64,000 nucleotides of DNA from an uncultured Methanosarcinaceae archaeon (GTDB taxonomy: Archaea > Halobacteriota > Methanosarcinia > Methanosarcinales > Methanosarcinaceae): the NCBI GenBank assembly GCA_963847185.1, contig CAWJYV010000008.1, positions 800,001 to 864,000 on the forward strand, read 5' to 3'. The translations under genes were made by a program, and so were the position numbers. Below, one piece after another: positions 21,397 through 32,098 of the stretch (position 1 is its first letter; each line of letters starts with the position of its first letter). Below the pieces are notes generated by a model. That model ran no database searches. It was given only the letters and a program-made list of their open reading frames with translations, and was not told the origin of the DNA.

Positions 21397-23919
21397 ATGA
21401 GTCTTCAGGATCATCCTGTATCATTAAAAGATAAAATCAAATCCAGCTGTCCTTATACTCTCATAGTTGCAGCGATCTTTTTTGTATCTCTGTGGACCAG
21501 GACACGACCCTCATACTCGGTATTTTTGCCAAGCGGGTTTGTAAAGTTTACCAGCAATGACGGCTGGTATCATATACGTACTTTAAAACTTCTTATTGAG
21601 CATTATCCACACAGAATATTTTTCAATCCCATGACCAACTATCCCAATGGAAGTTACGTCCATTTCGGTCCTTTATATGATCAAATGATGGCGATTACTT
21701 CCCTGGTTCTCGGTCTTGGCCACCCAAGTTCCGGGCTTGTTGATACCGTAGGAGCCTATTTTCCTGCAGTTCTCGGAGCTCTTACTGTTATTCCCGTTTA
21801 TTATATCGGAAAATACCTCGGAGGGCATAAAACAGGAATACTTGCTTCTATTCTAATTGCGTTTGCTCCGGGCCAGTTTTTATCCCGTTCTATGATCGGT
21901 TTTACAGACCATCATGTTGCTGAGTCTTTATTCAGTACTTTCTTCATGATGTTTTTTATGCTGGCTCTGATTTCAGCAAAGAAAAATAAGCTGAGCTTTG
22001 ACCATGTGATTAATAAAGATTTTAATGTTGTAAAAGAGCCCCTTATCTATTCGATTATTGCCGGTATCATGTATTCTGCCTATCAGCTTACGTGGGCAGG
22101 AGCTTCTCTTTTCGCATTAATCGTTGTCATTTATGCTGTCTTCCAGTATATTCTTGATAATTTCCACAACGAATCAAGTGATTACCTCGGGTTTACAGGA
22201 ATAATCACTTTTTTGGTAAGCACAGTGATTATTCTTCCTTTTGTGCATCCTGACATGGGATTCTCACTGTATTACTATTCCTGGTTCCACGTCATCACGG
22301 CTTTTGGATCAATGGCAGTTTTTGCAGTTTTAAGTTTTACTGAGAGAGTGTTTAAAAGAAAGCAGATAAAGGCCTATTATTACCCTCTCTTGATCAGTGG
22401 AGTTGTATTTTTCGGACTTCTTGCAGTAAAAATTGCCTCTCCATCTCTTTACTCCCTTATTGTTAGTGCTCCAAATACTATTTTTGGAATTCAAACAGGG
22501 GGAGCGTCTACAATTGGTGAAGTTTCTTCTATATTTTTCAAGGGTGGCAATTTTACCTTTTCGAAAGTCTTTGGAAACTTCACAACTCCCGGCTTTCTCG
22601 TCTCAACTTCAGGAATACTCATTCTGCTTGCCAAAATGTTCCGCAAACCCAGATCTGAAGAAGTGATGCTTCTTGTCTGGAGTATTCTGCTGCTCCTTTC
22701 AATCTACGGTCAGAACCGTTTTGCATATTACTATTCCATTAATGTTTCAGTTCTCTGTGCCTTTGTCGGTAGCCTCTTGCTTGAGAAGGTAAAGTGGAAT
22801 GAACTTGACCGGAATTTCAAGAATACCATAAAGTCACCTGCAGATATTCCAAAATCCTTTAAATTTGTCAAAATCGAACAGGTCATTGCAGTTCTTGTTT
22901 TAGTTATTGTTCTAATTTATCCTGTATACGGATCTGCAATGAAACAAACTGATGGCGGGTCAAATGACCCCCGATGGGAATGGATTGAAGCATGTCAATG
23001 GCTTGGCTCAAACACCCCAGAACCAGGAATGGATTACAATGCCATTTACGACGCCCCTGAGGATGGAAAACTTTTCAAATATCCAGATACCGCATACGGA
23101 GTTATGTCCTGGTGGGATTACGGACACTGGATTGAGGTTTTCGGACACAGGATGCCTAATGCCAATCCTTTCCAGGCCGGAATCGGAGGGCGCAGAGGAA
23201 GTATTGATGAAACTAATCAGCCCGGAGCTTCTAGCTTTTTCACGGCTTCATCCGAAGAAGAGGCAACATCAGTGCTCGAGGCTGTAGACCCTGACCCCAA
23301 CAAAGCCGGGGCGCGTTATATCATGTCTGATGCGAAGATGGCCACAAGAATATTTCTATCAATGGCTACCTGGACTCTTGATACTGACGGATACTATCAA
23401 TCTTCCTGGACAGGCAGTGGATATAAAAAAACTCCTTCCACTCGTTACTATAATTCCATGGAAGCAAGACTGCATATTCTGGACGGAAACGGATTAAAAC
23501 AGTACCGTATGGTCCATGAAACCTGGGCAGACAAGACCCAGGAAATCTGGTATCGAGAGGTCTATAATTCTCTTTTCGGAAAAAGCATCTCTGAAGTAAA
23601 CACAGGCTATGTCAAAGTATTCGAATATGTTAAAGGTGCAAAAATAACCGGAATAGCCTCTCCTAATAAACCTGTCAAAATAAGTACGACAATTGTTACA
23701 GGCCAGGAAAGGACTTTTAAATATTTTCAATCTACAACCTCGGATTCTCAGGGAAGGTATGAATTTACAGTACCCTATTCGACCGAAGGTCCGGTTGCAG
23801 GCGAAACTCAGTTCGATACCGCGCCTTCAGGCCCTTATGTAGTGAGCTACGGAGATACGAAAAAAGAAGTTAAAGTAAATGAAGAAGCAGTGTTGAAAGG
23901 AGAGGAAGTAAAAGTCTAA
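21397..23919 (+). CDS. aglB: Oligosaccharyltransferase AglB (STT3 family) copy 2
   Basis: NDGWYH, DHH, TIGE, WWDYG, NPFQ. Confidence 0.95.
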   Translation: MSLQDHPVSLKDKIKSSCPYTLIVAAIFFVSLWTRTRPSYSVFLPSGFVKFTSNDGWYHIRTLKLLIEHYPHRIFFNPMTNYPNGSYVHFGPLYDQMMAITSLVLGLGHPSSGLVDTVGAYFPAVLGALTVIPVYYIGKYLGGHKTGILASILIAFAPGQFLSRSMIGFTDHHVAESLFSTFFMMFFMLALISAKKNKLSFDHVINKDFNVVKEPLIYSIIAGIMYSAYQLTWAGASLFALIVVIYAVFQYILDNFHNESSDYLGFTGIITFLVSTVIILPFVHPDMGFSLYYYSWFHVITAFGSMAVFAVLSFTERVFKRKQIKAYYYPLLISGVVFFGLLAVKIASPSLYSLIVSAPNTIFGIQTGGASTIGEVSSIFFKGGNFTFSKVFGNFTTPGFLVSTSGILILLAKMFRKPRSEEVMLLVWSILLLLSIYGQNRFAYYYSINVSVLCAFVGSLLLEKVKWNELDRNFKNTIKSPADIPKSFKFVKIEQVIAVLVLVIVLIYPVYGSAMKQTDGGSNDPRWEWIEACQWLGSNTPEPGMDYNAIYDAPEDGKLFKYPDTAYGVMSWWDYGHWIEVFGHRMPNANPFQAGIGGRRGSIDETNQPGASSFFTASSEEEATSVLEAVDPDPNKAGARYIMSDAKMATRIFLSMATWTLDTDGYYQSSWTGSGYKKTPSTRYYNSMEARLHILDGNGLKQYRMVHETWADKTQEIWYREVYNSLFGKSISEVNTGYVKVFEYVKGAKITGIASPNKPVKISTTIVTGQERTFKYFQSTTSDSQGRYEFTVPYSTEGPVAGETQFDTAPSGPYVVSYGDTKKEVKVNEEAVLKGEEVKV

Positions 23920-24525
23920 AACAGTATGAGGTATGCGGTTGTGCATTCTTCCCCATTAATTATTTTCTTTCTTTTCTATTTCTATTATCTTTTAAATCTA
24001 TTAGAAGCCGATATATCTAAAGTATTTTACTTTTCTGTATCCGCTACCTAGATATACTATTAAAAAAAGTTACTTCACAGGCAAGTATGATGGAAGAGAT
24101 TTCTTATTTTGTTTGAGTTCGGAGGTGTATTTAAAGAATTTGAAGATAATAAACTAAATACCTGCTGAAAAAGGCGACACATGCTGAAAAAGGCCGGTAA
24201 TATCGACAGATGAATTTCTCCGGTCAGAATGTAATTTTCGAGTTTCAGTGTTGTGATCTGGTAGTTCTATCTATCTAAAAGCTTCAAAATTGAAGTTTTC
24301 CGTGCTGTCATTTTTGAAAAACCTGTTTATTCATAAAATGGTCCTGATCTGTTCAGGCAAGGGTATATTATGAAGCTCTTAAGCTGGAAAGGATCTTTAG
24401 TAGGAAATGATAGGATTAATTAGGTATTTGAATTGCTACTTTGAATATAATACAATGGATTTATTTTTCTTTTTCCATAAAATATATATCTCATGAAAAA
24501 ATGGTACCTCTAAAAGGGGATTATT

Positions 24526-27048
24526 ATGAGTTCTCAGGATCATCCTGTATCTTTTAAAGATAAAATTAAATCCAGCTGGCCATACACTCTGGCAGTTGCG
24601 ATAATAGGTTTCGTAGCTCTGTGGATAAGAACACTTCCTTCAGATACTGTGTTTCTATCCGACGGGTTTGTAAAGTTTACCAGCAATGACGCCTGGTATC
24701 ATATGCGTACTTTAAAGCTTCTTCTTGAGCATTACCCCCACAGAATATTTTTCAACCCCATGACCAACTATCCCAATGGAAGTTATATCCATTTCGGTCC
24801 TTTATATGATCAAATGATGGCTCTTACTTCTCTTGTTTTAGGTCTTGGCCACCCAAGTTCCGGGCTTGTTGATACCGTAGGAGCCTATTTTCCTGCAGTT
24901 CTTGGAGCTCTTACTGTCATTCCTGTTTATTATATCGGGAAATATGTTGGAGGGCATAAGACAGGGATACTTGCTGCTATTCTAATTGCGTTTGCTCCGG
25001 GCCAGTTTTTATCCCGTTCTATGATCGGTTTTACAGACCATCATGTTGCTGAGTCTTTATTCAGTACTTTCTTCATGATGTTTTTTATGCTGGCTCTGAT
25101 TTCAGCAAAAAAAAATAAGCTGAGCTTTGACCATGTGATTAATAAAGATTTTAATGTTGTAAAAGAGCCCCTTATCTATTCGATTATTGCCGGTATCATG
25201 TATTCTGCCTATCAGCTTACGTGGGCAGGAGCTTCTCTTTTCGCATTAATCGTTGTCATTTATGCTGTCTTCCAGTATATTCTTGATAATTTCCACAACG
25301 AATCAAGTGATTACCTCGGGTTTACAGGAATAGTCACTTTTTTGGTGAGCACAGTGATTATTCTTCCTTTTGTGCATCCTGACATGGGATTCTCACTGTA
25401 TTACTATTCCTGGTTCCACGTCATCACGGCTTTTGGATCAATGGCAGTTTTTGCAGTTTTGAGTTTCATTGAGAGGGAGTTTGAAAGAAAGCAGATAAAG
25501 GCCTATTATTATCCCCTGTTAATTGTCGGGATTTCACTTCTTGCATTGGTTGTAGTGAAGGTAGCTTCTCCTGCTCTTTATTCCCTGATTGTTAGTGCTC
25601 CAAATACGGTTTTTGGAGTTCAAACTGGCGGCGCAGCTACAATTGGTGAAGCTTCTTCTATGTTTTATTATGGTGGAACTTTCACTCTTGCAAGAGCATT
25701 TGGAAACTTCACGACTACCGGCTTTCTTGTCTCTACTTTAGGAATTCTCATTCTGTTTGCTAAAATGTTCCGCAAACCCAGGCCTGAAGAAGTAGTGCTT
25801 CTTGCCTGGAGTATTCTGCTGCTCCTTGCAATCTACGGTCAGAACCGTTTTGCATACTACTATTCCATTAATGTTTCAGTTCTCTGTGCCTTTGTCGGTA
25901 GCCTCTTGCTTGAGAAGGTAAAGTGGAATGAACTTGACCGGAATTTCAAGAATACTGTAAAGTCACCTGCAGATATTCCAAAGTCCTTTAAATTTGTCAA
26001 AATCGAACAGGTCATTGCAGTTCTTGCTTTAGTGCTCGTTCTAATCTATCCTGTATACGGAACTGCAATGCAATATACAGGTGGCTCAAATGACCCCAGC
26101 TGGGAATGGATTGAAGCATGTCAATGGCTTGGCTCAAACACCCCAGATCCAGGAATGGACTACAATGCCATTTACGATGCTCCTGAGGATGGAGAGCTTT
26201 TCAAATATCCTGATGCCGCATACGGAGTTATGTCCTGGTGGGATTACGGACACTGGATCGAGATTTTCGGTCACAGGATGCCTAATGCCAATCCTTTCCA
26301 GGCCGGAATCGGGGGGCGCAGAGGAAGTATTAATGAAACTAATCAGCCCGGAGCTTCTAGCTTTTTCACAGCTTCATCCGAAGAAGAAGCAACCTCAGTG
26401 CTTGAAGCTGTAGACCCTGACCCCAACAAAGCCGGGGCACGTTATATTATGTCTGATACAAGGATGGCCACAGAAATATTTATGGCAATGGCTACCTGGA
26501 CCCTTGATACTGACGGATACTTCCAGTCTTACTGGACAGGGAGCCAATATCAAAGCCTTCCTTCTGACCGCTATTATAATTCCATGGAAGCAAGACTGCA
26601 TATTCTGGACGGAAACGGATTAAAACAGTATCGTATGGTCCACGAAACCTGGGCAGTCCAGACTGCTGAGGAATCAGGATACAGACAGGTTTACAATTTA
26701 CTTTTCGGAGGCAATATCTCCCAAGCAGATACAGGTTATGTCAAGGTTTTCGAGTATGTTAAAGGCGCAAAAGTAACTGGAACCGCTTCTCCTAATGAGC
26801 CTGTCAAAATAAGTACAACAATTATTACAGGCCAGAACAGAACCTTTGAGTACTCTCAATCTACAACCTCGGATTCTCAGGGAAGGTATGAATTTACAGT
26901 ACCCTATTCAACCGAAGGTCCGATTGCAGGCGGGACCCAGTTCGATACTGCGCCTTCAGGCTCTTATGTAGTAAACTACGGAGATACGACAAAAGAAGTT
27001 AGAGTAAATGAAGAAGCAGTGTTAAAAGGAGAAGAAGTAAAAGTCTAA
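24526..27048 (+). CDS. aglB: Oligosaccharyltransferase AglB (STT3 family) copy 3
   Basis: NDAWYH, DHH, TIGE, WWDYG, NPFQ. Confidence 0.95.
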   Translation: MSSQDHPVSFKDKIKSSWPYTLAVAIIGFVALWIRTLPSDTVFLSDGFVKFTSNDAWYHMRTLKLLLEHYPHRIFFNPMTNYPNGSYIHFGPLYDQMMALTSLVLGLGHPSSGLVDTVGAYFPAVLGALTVIPVYYIGKYVGGHKTGILAAILIAFAPGQFLSRSMIGFTDHHVAESLFSTFFMMFFMLALISAKKNKLSFDHVINKDFNVVKEPLIYSIIAGIMYSAYQLTWAGASLFALIVVIYAVFQYILDNFHNESSDYLGFTGIVTFLVSTVIILPFVHPDMGFSLYYYSWFHVITAFGSMAVFAVLSFIEREFERKQIKAYYYPLLIVGISLLALVVVKVASPALYSLIVSAPNTVFGVQTGGAATIGEASSMFYYGGTFTLARAFGNFTTTGFLVSTLGILILFAKMFRKPRPEEVVLLAWSILLLLAIYGQNRFAYYYSINVSVLCAFVGSLLLEKVKWNELDRNFKNTVKSPADIPKSFKFVKIEQVIAVLALVLVLIYPVYGTAMQYTGGSNDPSWEWIEACQWLGSNTPDPGMDYNAIYDAPEDGELFKYPDAAYGVMSWWDYGHWIEIFGHRMPNANPFQAGIGGRRGSINETNQPGASSFFTASSEEEATSVLEAVDPDPNKAGARYIMSDTRMATEIFMAMATWTLDTDGYFQSYWTGSQYQSLPSDRYYNSMEARLHILDGNGLKQYRMVHETWAVQTAEESGYRQVYNLLFGGNISQADTGYVKVFEYVKGAKVTGTASPNEPVKISTTIITGQNRTFEYSQSTTSDSQGRYEFTVPYSTEGPIAGGTQFDTAPSGSYVVNYGDTTKEVRVNEEAVLKGEEVKV

Positions 27049-27221
27049 GTATTGCGGAGAGTGCAGTTGTGCACTCTTCTCATTGATTATTTTCTTTCTC
27101 TTTCATTCTTGAGACTTTATCTTTTGAGCTTCTACTTGAGCAGGTATTTACGAATATTGCTCCAGTTTACCGCATCCGCTATTTAGAATTATTAAAAAAT
27201 CTATTTCGGAGATGAATTCTG

Positions 27222-27734
27222 ATGGAAAACCCTATCACAGGCCGAGTATGGATATTCGGAGATGATGTTGATACAGATGTGATTATACCCGGGAAATACC
27301 TGCGGACCAAGGATATGCAGGTCTTCGCAGCCCATGCAATGGAAGGAATTGATCCGGAGTTCGCGAAAAAAGTCAAGCCCGGAGATATCATTGTTGCAGG
27401 TACCAACTTCGGTTGTGGGTCTTCACGGGAACAGGCCCCCCTTGCTTTAAAACACGCAGGAGTGGCTTGTGTTATAGCAAAGTCTTTCGCAAGGATCTTT
27501 TTCCGAAACTCGATCAATGTTGGACTTCCTCTTATGGAAGCTGATGTCGAATGTCAGGAAGGAGATGAGATTGAAGTTGACCTTCTCAAAGGAGAAGTTA
27601 CAGTTCCTGGAAAAGGTACATTCAAAGGAAATAAATTGCCTGATTTCCTGCTAGAAATGCTTACTGATGGCGGACTTGTAGCCCACAGGAAAAAAAGTCA
27701 AAGCAAGCAGAGTGAATATAACCTGATTCAGTGA
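27222..27734 (+). CDS. hacB: Homoaconitase small subunit (LeuD family; coenzyme B biosynthesis)
   Basis: [18 protein letters not shown]. The YLRT loop is typical of methanogen homoaconitase rather than isopropylmalate isomerase. Confidence 0.8.
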   Translation: MENPITGRVWIFGDDVDTDVIIPGKYLRTKDMQVFAAHAMEGIDPEFAKKVKPGDIIVAGTNFGCGSSREQAPLALKHAGVACVIAKSFARIFFRNSINVGLPLMEADVECQEGDEIEVDLLKGEVTVPGKGTFKGNKLPDFLLEMLTDGGLVAHRKKSQSKQSEYNLIQ

Positions 27735-27810
27735 CTTACTCAAAATTCGATTACCACTCAAGTTTAAGAATTATTGAATATCCGAGAATTATTCAAAGAA
27801 ACCGATACAT

Positions 27811-28680
27811 ATGATTTTTCCTGAAGAATACAAGCATGTTGGCGTAACAAAAACCTTTTGTTCAGCTTCTCAAGAGCCTATTTACTTCTTAACCGACTAC
27901 CTGATAGCTGAGAATGAAAATTCTAACGGTACACCTGAGTATTCAGTTTATCATGTAATAAAAAGTGGAGAAGGGTTGCTCCAAAAGGTCGAAGCCCTTG
28001 AATTAATCGCCTCCAGAGAACAGGTAGTTAAATACGACAGGGAACTTAACATAAAGGATCGTAAACTCCTAATCGAGATTGCAGCAAAAATCTGTACAGG
28101 CAAAGTGAATACTGTAATATTTACAGGTGTAGACAGGCATGTTACTATTATTCACGATCCTGACCCCTCAAGCATTCTGGAGATTCAAATCCTTGATGTA
28201 GCTCCACCTGAGCCTTCCTGGCTTTCTCAGGTTGTGAGAAGGCTTGAAGCAAGTGGAATTTTTGGTGACCTCCAGGTTCGTTTTGTTGAGAAAGTAATTG
28301 ACCTCAGGCAGTTCGAAGGAAAAAATACTGTTTTTCCATGCAGTGCTTCCGGGCTTGAAGGGAAATGCCTGGATTCTGACATCCTTACCGAAAACGGACA
28401 CTTGCTTGTAGGGTGTGAGATCTCAAAAACGCTTTTTGAGACTCGTTTTCCGGAGCTTGAGTACTCTTTTGTAAACATCTGTCCTTTCAAATCCGAAATC
28501 GTTGTGCCCTCAAAGCCTTTTATTACTCGCTGCTGCAGGTCTGAAAAATCAGGGCTTGTAAATATTTCCGGCTTCGAAGGTGCTGTAGTACATTGGGGAG
28601 CGTCGGAGTATCAGGTTGCAGAGGCAATAAGAAATCTTGTTTACAGGTTGAGGAAAAACCAGCTCGATCTTAACAGTTAA
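27811..28680 (+). CDS. Hypothetical protein with Cys-rich C-terminal half
   Basis: 289-aa ORF co-oriented in the operon; FPCSASG, GCEIS, ICPF, RCCRS. Confidence 0.8.
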   Translation: MIFPEEYKHVGVTKTFCSASQEPIYFLTDYLIAENENSNGTPEYSVYHVIKSGEGLLQKVEALELIASREQVVKYDRELNIKDRKLLIEIAAKICTGKVNTVIFTGVDRHVTIIHDPDPSSILEIQILDVAPPEPSWLSQVVRRLEASGIFGDLQVRFVEKVIDLRQFEGKNTVFPCSASGLEGKCLDSDILTENGHLLVGCEISKTLFETRFPELEYSFVNICPFKSEIVVPSKPFITRCCRSEKSGLVNISGFEGAVVHWGASEYQVAEAIRNLVYRLRKNQLDLNS

Positions 28681-28711
28681 AATGCCTATTACGATATGGA
28701 GTAATTACTCA

Positions 28712-29272
28712 ATGTCCTTTTTAACCAATTTTCTTTTAGCTCTCGGGCTTGCAATGGATGCATTTGCAGTTTCCATGTCCAGTGGTACTACTATAAGGCC
28801 TTTTCAGCTCAAGGATGCCCTGAAGCTAGCTGTTTTTTTCGGCGGTTTTCAGGCTCTCATGCCGGTACTGGGCTGGCTTGGAGGAAGCGCAGTAAGCGGC
28901 TTTGTTTCGGACTACGCTCCCTGGATTGCCTTTTTGCTTCTGGTCTTTATAGGGGGTAAAATGATTTACGAAGCTCTTTATGGAAGTCCTGATGGGAAGG
29001 TAAGTTCTCTTAGCTATTCGGTTCTTTTTGTGCTTGCAATCGCTACAAGTATAGATGCCCTTGCTGTAGGAATCAGCTTTGCATTTCTCAAGACACCTAT
29101 TCTTGAACCTATTATCATTATAGGTTCGGTAACTTTCTTCATGTCCTTCTGTGGTGCAATCCTTGGTTACAGAATAGGTCACTTCTTTGAAAACGAAGTC
29201 GAGATTCTCGGAGGCCTGATCCTCATAGGACTTGGTGGAAAAATTCTTGCCGAACACCTGCTCTGGATCTGA
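28712..29272 (+). CDS. mntP: Manganese efflux pump MntP family
   Basis: LAMDAFAVS and ATSIDALAVG repeats, about 6 TM; GGAG before ATG 28712. Confidence 0.88.
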   Translation: MSFLTNFLLALGLAMDAFAVSMSSGTTIRPFQLKDALKLAVFFGGFQALMPVLGWLGGSAVSGFVSDYAPWIAFLLLVFIGGKMIYEALYGSPDGKVSSLSYSVLFVLAIATSIDALAVGISFAFLKTPILEPIIIIGSVTFFMSFCGAILGYRIGHFFENEVEILGGLILIGLGGKILAEHLLWI

Positions 29273-29338
29273 AAAATTATTTGTGAATCTTAAAAAGTTT
29301 CGCCAGATTCATATACCTCAAACTATAGATCCAGTAGT

Positions 29339-30335
29339 ATGAAACTGGCTGTAATCGAAGGTGACGGGATTGGCAGGGAAGTTATCCCTGAGGCAGTCAA
29401 AGTTCTTGATGTTTTTGGGCTTGAGCTTGAGAAAGTACCTCTGGAACTGGGATATGCCAGATGGCAGAGAACAGGGACTTCAATATCTGACCAAGACCTA
29501 GAAACTATAAAAGGATGCGATGCCATCCTTTTTGGGGCAGTTACCACTGTGCCCGATCCCAGTTACAATAGCGTACTTCTAACCATCAGAAAGGAACTCG
29601 ATCTCTATGCCAATGTAAGGCCTATAAAACCTCTTCCAGGCATAACTGGTGTTACCGGAAGAAATGATTTCGATTTTATTATTGTCAGAGAAAACACTGA
29701 AGGGCTGTATTCGGGTATTGAGGAAATAGGACAGGATCTTTCATGGACAAAAAGAATCGTCACCAGAAAAGGCTCTGAACGGATTGCAGAGTATGCCTGC
29801 AAGCTTGCAAAAAAGAGAAATAACAAATTAACTATTGTCCATAAGTCCAATGTCCTGAAATCCGATAAGCTTTTCCTTGATGTTTGCAGGCAAACTGCCA
29901 GTGCTAACGGCGTAGAATACTGCAGATATGCTTGTTGATTCAATGGCGTATAGCCTTATGATGCATCCTGAGAGATACGATGTTATAGTTACAACAAACC
30001 TCTTTGGAGATATTTTGAGCGATATGTGTGCTTCTCTTGTCGGAAGCCTTGGGCTTGTCCCAAGCGCCAATATAGGGAAAAAATATGCTTTTTTCGAGCC
30101 AGTACACGGAAGTGCTCCTGATATAGCAGGAAAGGGTATTTCAAATCCTCTAGCTGCAATTCTCTGCGTAAAGATGCTGCTGGAATGGATGGAAGAACCG
30201 TGCTCTCTACTTATTGATGAAGCGATAGCGCATGTACTTGAAAAGAAGATAATTACCCCTGATCTGGGGGGTACTGCCAGCACAGTAGAAGTGGGGAATG
30301 AGATAGAAAGATATATTCGTGACGCTCTTGGATAA
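29339..30335 (+). CDS. aksF: Homoisocitrate / isopropylmalate dehydrogenase family (AksF-like), +1 frameshift near 29920 (likely sequencing error)
   Basis: GDGIGREV, RENTEGLY, HKSNV, then in another frame NLFGDILSD, EPVHGSAPDIAG; clustered with hacB. Confidence 0.75.
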
Positions 30336-30486
30336 AAGCTTATATAAATTTTCTAATTTATTCATTGCAGGCTTTTATTATTAATTTCATTTTTTCTTTT
30401 CCCTCACATATTATTGAAAATATTTAATAGGTATTAAGTATGAAAAATATTACACAGAAATCACACTAAATTCAATATAGAATATC

Positions 30487-31338
30487 ATGAGGATGGAAAT
30501 GAATAAAAAGTGCCTATTGGTTTATCTCACAATTTTATCATTGATTCTTGTTTCCGGTTGCCTGGAAACTCCAGGTAAACTGTCAAACGAATCCGAAAGC
30601 AACACAAATCTAACCTTACAGGATCCTGCTCCTGGGAATGACGTCCTTTACCAGGTTTCCACAATTGATGCCTTGCTTCAGGGGGTTTATGATGGGGTTC
30701 TTCCTGCTGGGAAGCTTAAAACACACGGAGATTTTGGCATAGGAACTCTTGATGGTCTCGAAGGGGAAATGCTGGCTCTTGATGGTAATTATTATCAAAT
30801 CAAAACCGATGGGATTGCATATCCTGTTACTGAGGAAATGACAACTCCTTTTGCCACTGTCACCTATTTTGAAGCCGATAACAATTTCCGGCTTGAAAAA
30901 CCGATGAATCTTACAGAACTGGAAGAGTATCTGGATCAAAACCTGCCTGCGGAAAATCTTTTCTATGCTGTCAAAGTTGAAGGAAACTTTTCCTATCTGA
31001 AAGCTAGAAGCGTTCCTAAACAGGAAAAGCCATATCCCAAACTTGCAGATGCGGTTTCAAATCAAACTGTTTTTGAATTTGAAAATGTAAGCGGTACACT
31101 TGTAGGTTTCAGGACTCCTGAATATGTAAAAGGGGTAAACGTTCCAGGTTACCATATTCATTTCATCACTAAGGATAGACGCTCAGGAGGACACGTCCTC
31201 GATTTCCGACTTGACGGTGGAAATGCTTCTCTGGATACTACAAATGCTTTTTTTATGGAACTTCCCACTAGCGGAGACTTTAATAAAGTAGAATTGGGAA
31301 AGGATTTACAGGCTGAGTTGGAAACAGTTGAAAAGTGA
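30487..31338 (+). CDS. budA: Alpha-acetolactate decarboxylase with lipoprotein signal
   Basis: YQVSTIDAL, GDFGIGT, GEM, RSVP, GYHIHF, GGHVLD; N-terminal KK-hydrophobic-LVSGC lipobox. Confidence 0.88.
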   Translation: MRMEMNKKCLLVYLTILSLILVSGCLETPGKLSNESESNTNLTLQDPAPGNDVLYQVSTIDALLQGVYDGVLPAGKLKTHGDFGIGTLDGLEGEMLALDGNYYQIKTDGIAYPVTEEMTTPFATVTYFEADNNFRLEKPMNLTELEEYLDQNLPAENLFYAVKVEGNFSYLKARSVPKQEKPYPKLADAVSNQTVFEFENVSGTLVGFRTPEYVKGVNVPGYHIHFITKDRRSGGHVLDFRLDGGNASLDTTNAFFMELPTSGDFNKVELGKDLQAELETVEK

Positions 31339-31530
31339 TTTTTCTTTTCCGCCTTTTATTTTTTCTCTTATCTTTTTTATTCTGATTTTCATTTTTCATT
31401 TATTTTTTCTTAACGTTCACTCTTCAACGTCCCAGTTCTTCAGAGATTTTGCAGCTTTATCATCTGGATCTTTACTGTTCTAATTAAATCTATTTTGCAC
31501 AGGAAGTAACAGCTCTTAAAATATATGACT

Positions 31531-31704
31531 TTATATACACATTAATGAAACTTTCATTTTAAGATTTGTTTCTGATATCTCTCCAAACTCTTTTGAATGA
31601 TTTATTTTTGAACGATTTGTTTTTGAATTATTTATGCTTCTGAAACTCTCAAACTGTTCATAGTATTGAGCACGTTCTACCAATCCTTTGAATATTTCCT
31701 CCAT
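31531..31704 (-). CDS. Small hypothetical protein (57 aa)
   Basis: GAGGTG Shine-Dalgarno 5 nt before the ATG of MEEIFKGLVERAQYY... Confidence 0.45.
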   Translation of the reverse strand: MEEIFKGLVERAQYYEQFESFRSINNSKTNRSKINHSKEFGEISETNLKMKVSLMCI

Positions 31705-31984
31705 TGTATTCACCTCTATTCTTAAAAACTACTTCAGTACTTATTAATCTCCACCTAGCAGGTGAAAGTATTTTTTCGTAGGGTCTCAGGGAAACGGTTT
31801 CAAAGTTTTGTGTCTGATGATACTGGAATTTTTTATAGATATTTAAAAAATAAGTTATTTGGGAAGAAAGTTGCTGAGAAAGAAAGTTGCTGAAATGGAA
31901 AAAGCCTAGAGTAAAAATGATAACAGGAGTGAAACAAAAATTGGTTAGGTAATATAATAGGAAGTGATGTGATGCCCAATTGTA

Positions 31985-32088
31985 AATGGAGTGTTAAAAA
32001 GAACAGTTGCCAATGGAGAGTTAAAAAGAACTACTGTGAACTGAGAGTTAAAAGAAAGATGTGAATAGAGAATTAAAAAGAGAAATTG
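31985..32088. repeat. Degenerate ~27-bp tandem repeat (4 units) downstream of fprA
   Basis: Units resembling AATGGAGAGTTAAAAAGAAC at 31985, 32012, 32039, 32064; U-rich on the transcribed strand. Confidence 0.55.
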
Positions 32089-32098
32089 ATGAGTTCCT

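Noticed and set aside
27222-30335. leuD/leuB for leucine biosynthesis
   Set aside because: The YLRT loop and absence of other leu genes favour hacB/aksF; not fully excluded without phylogeny.
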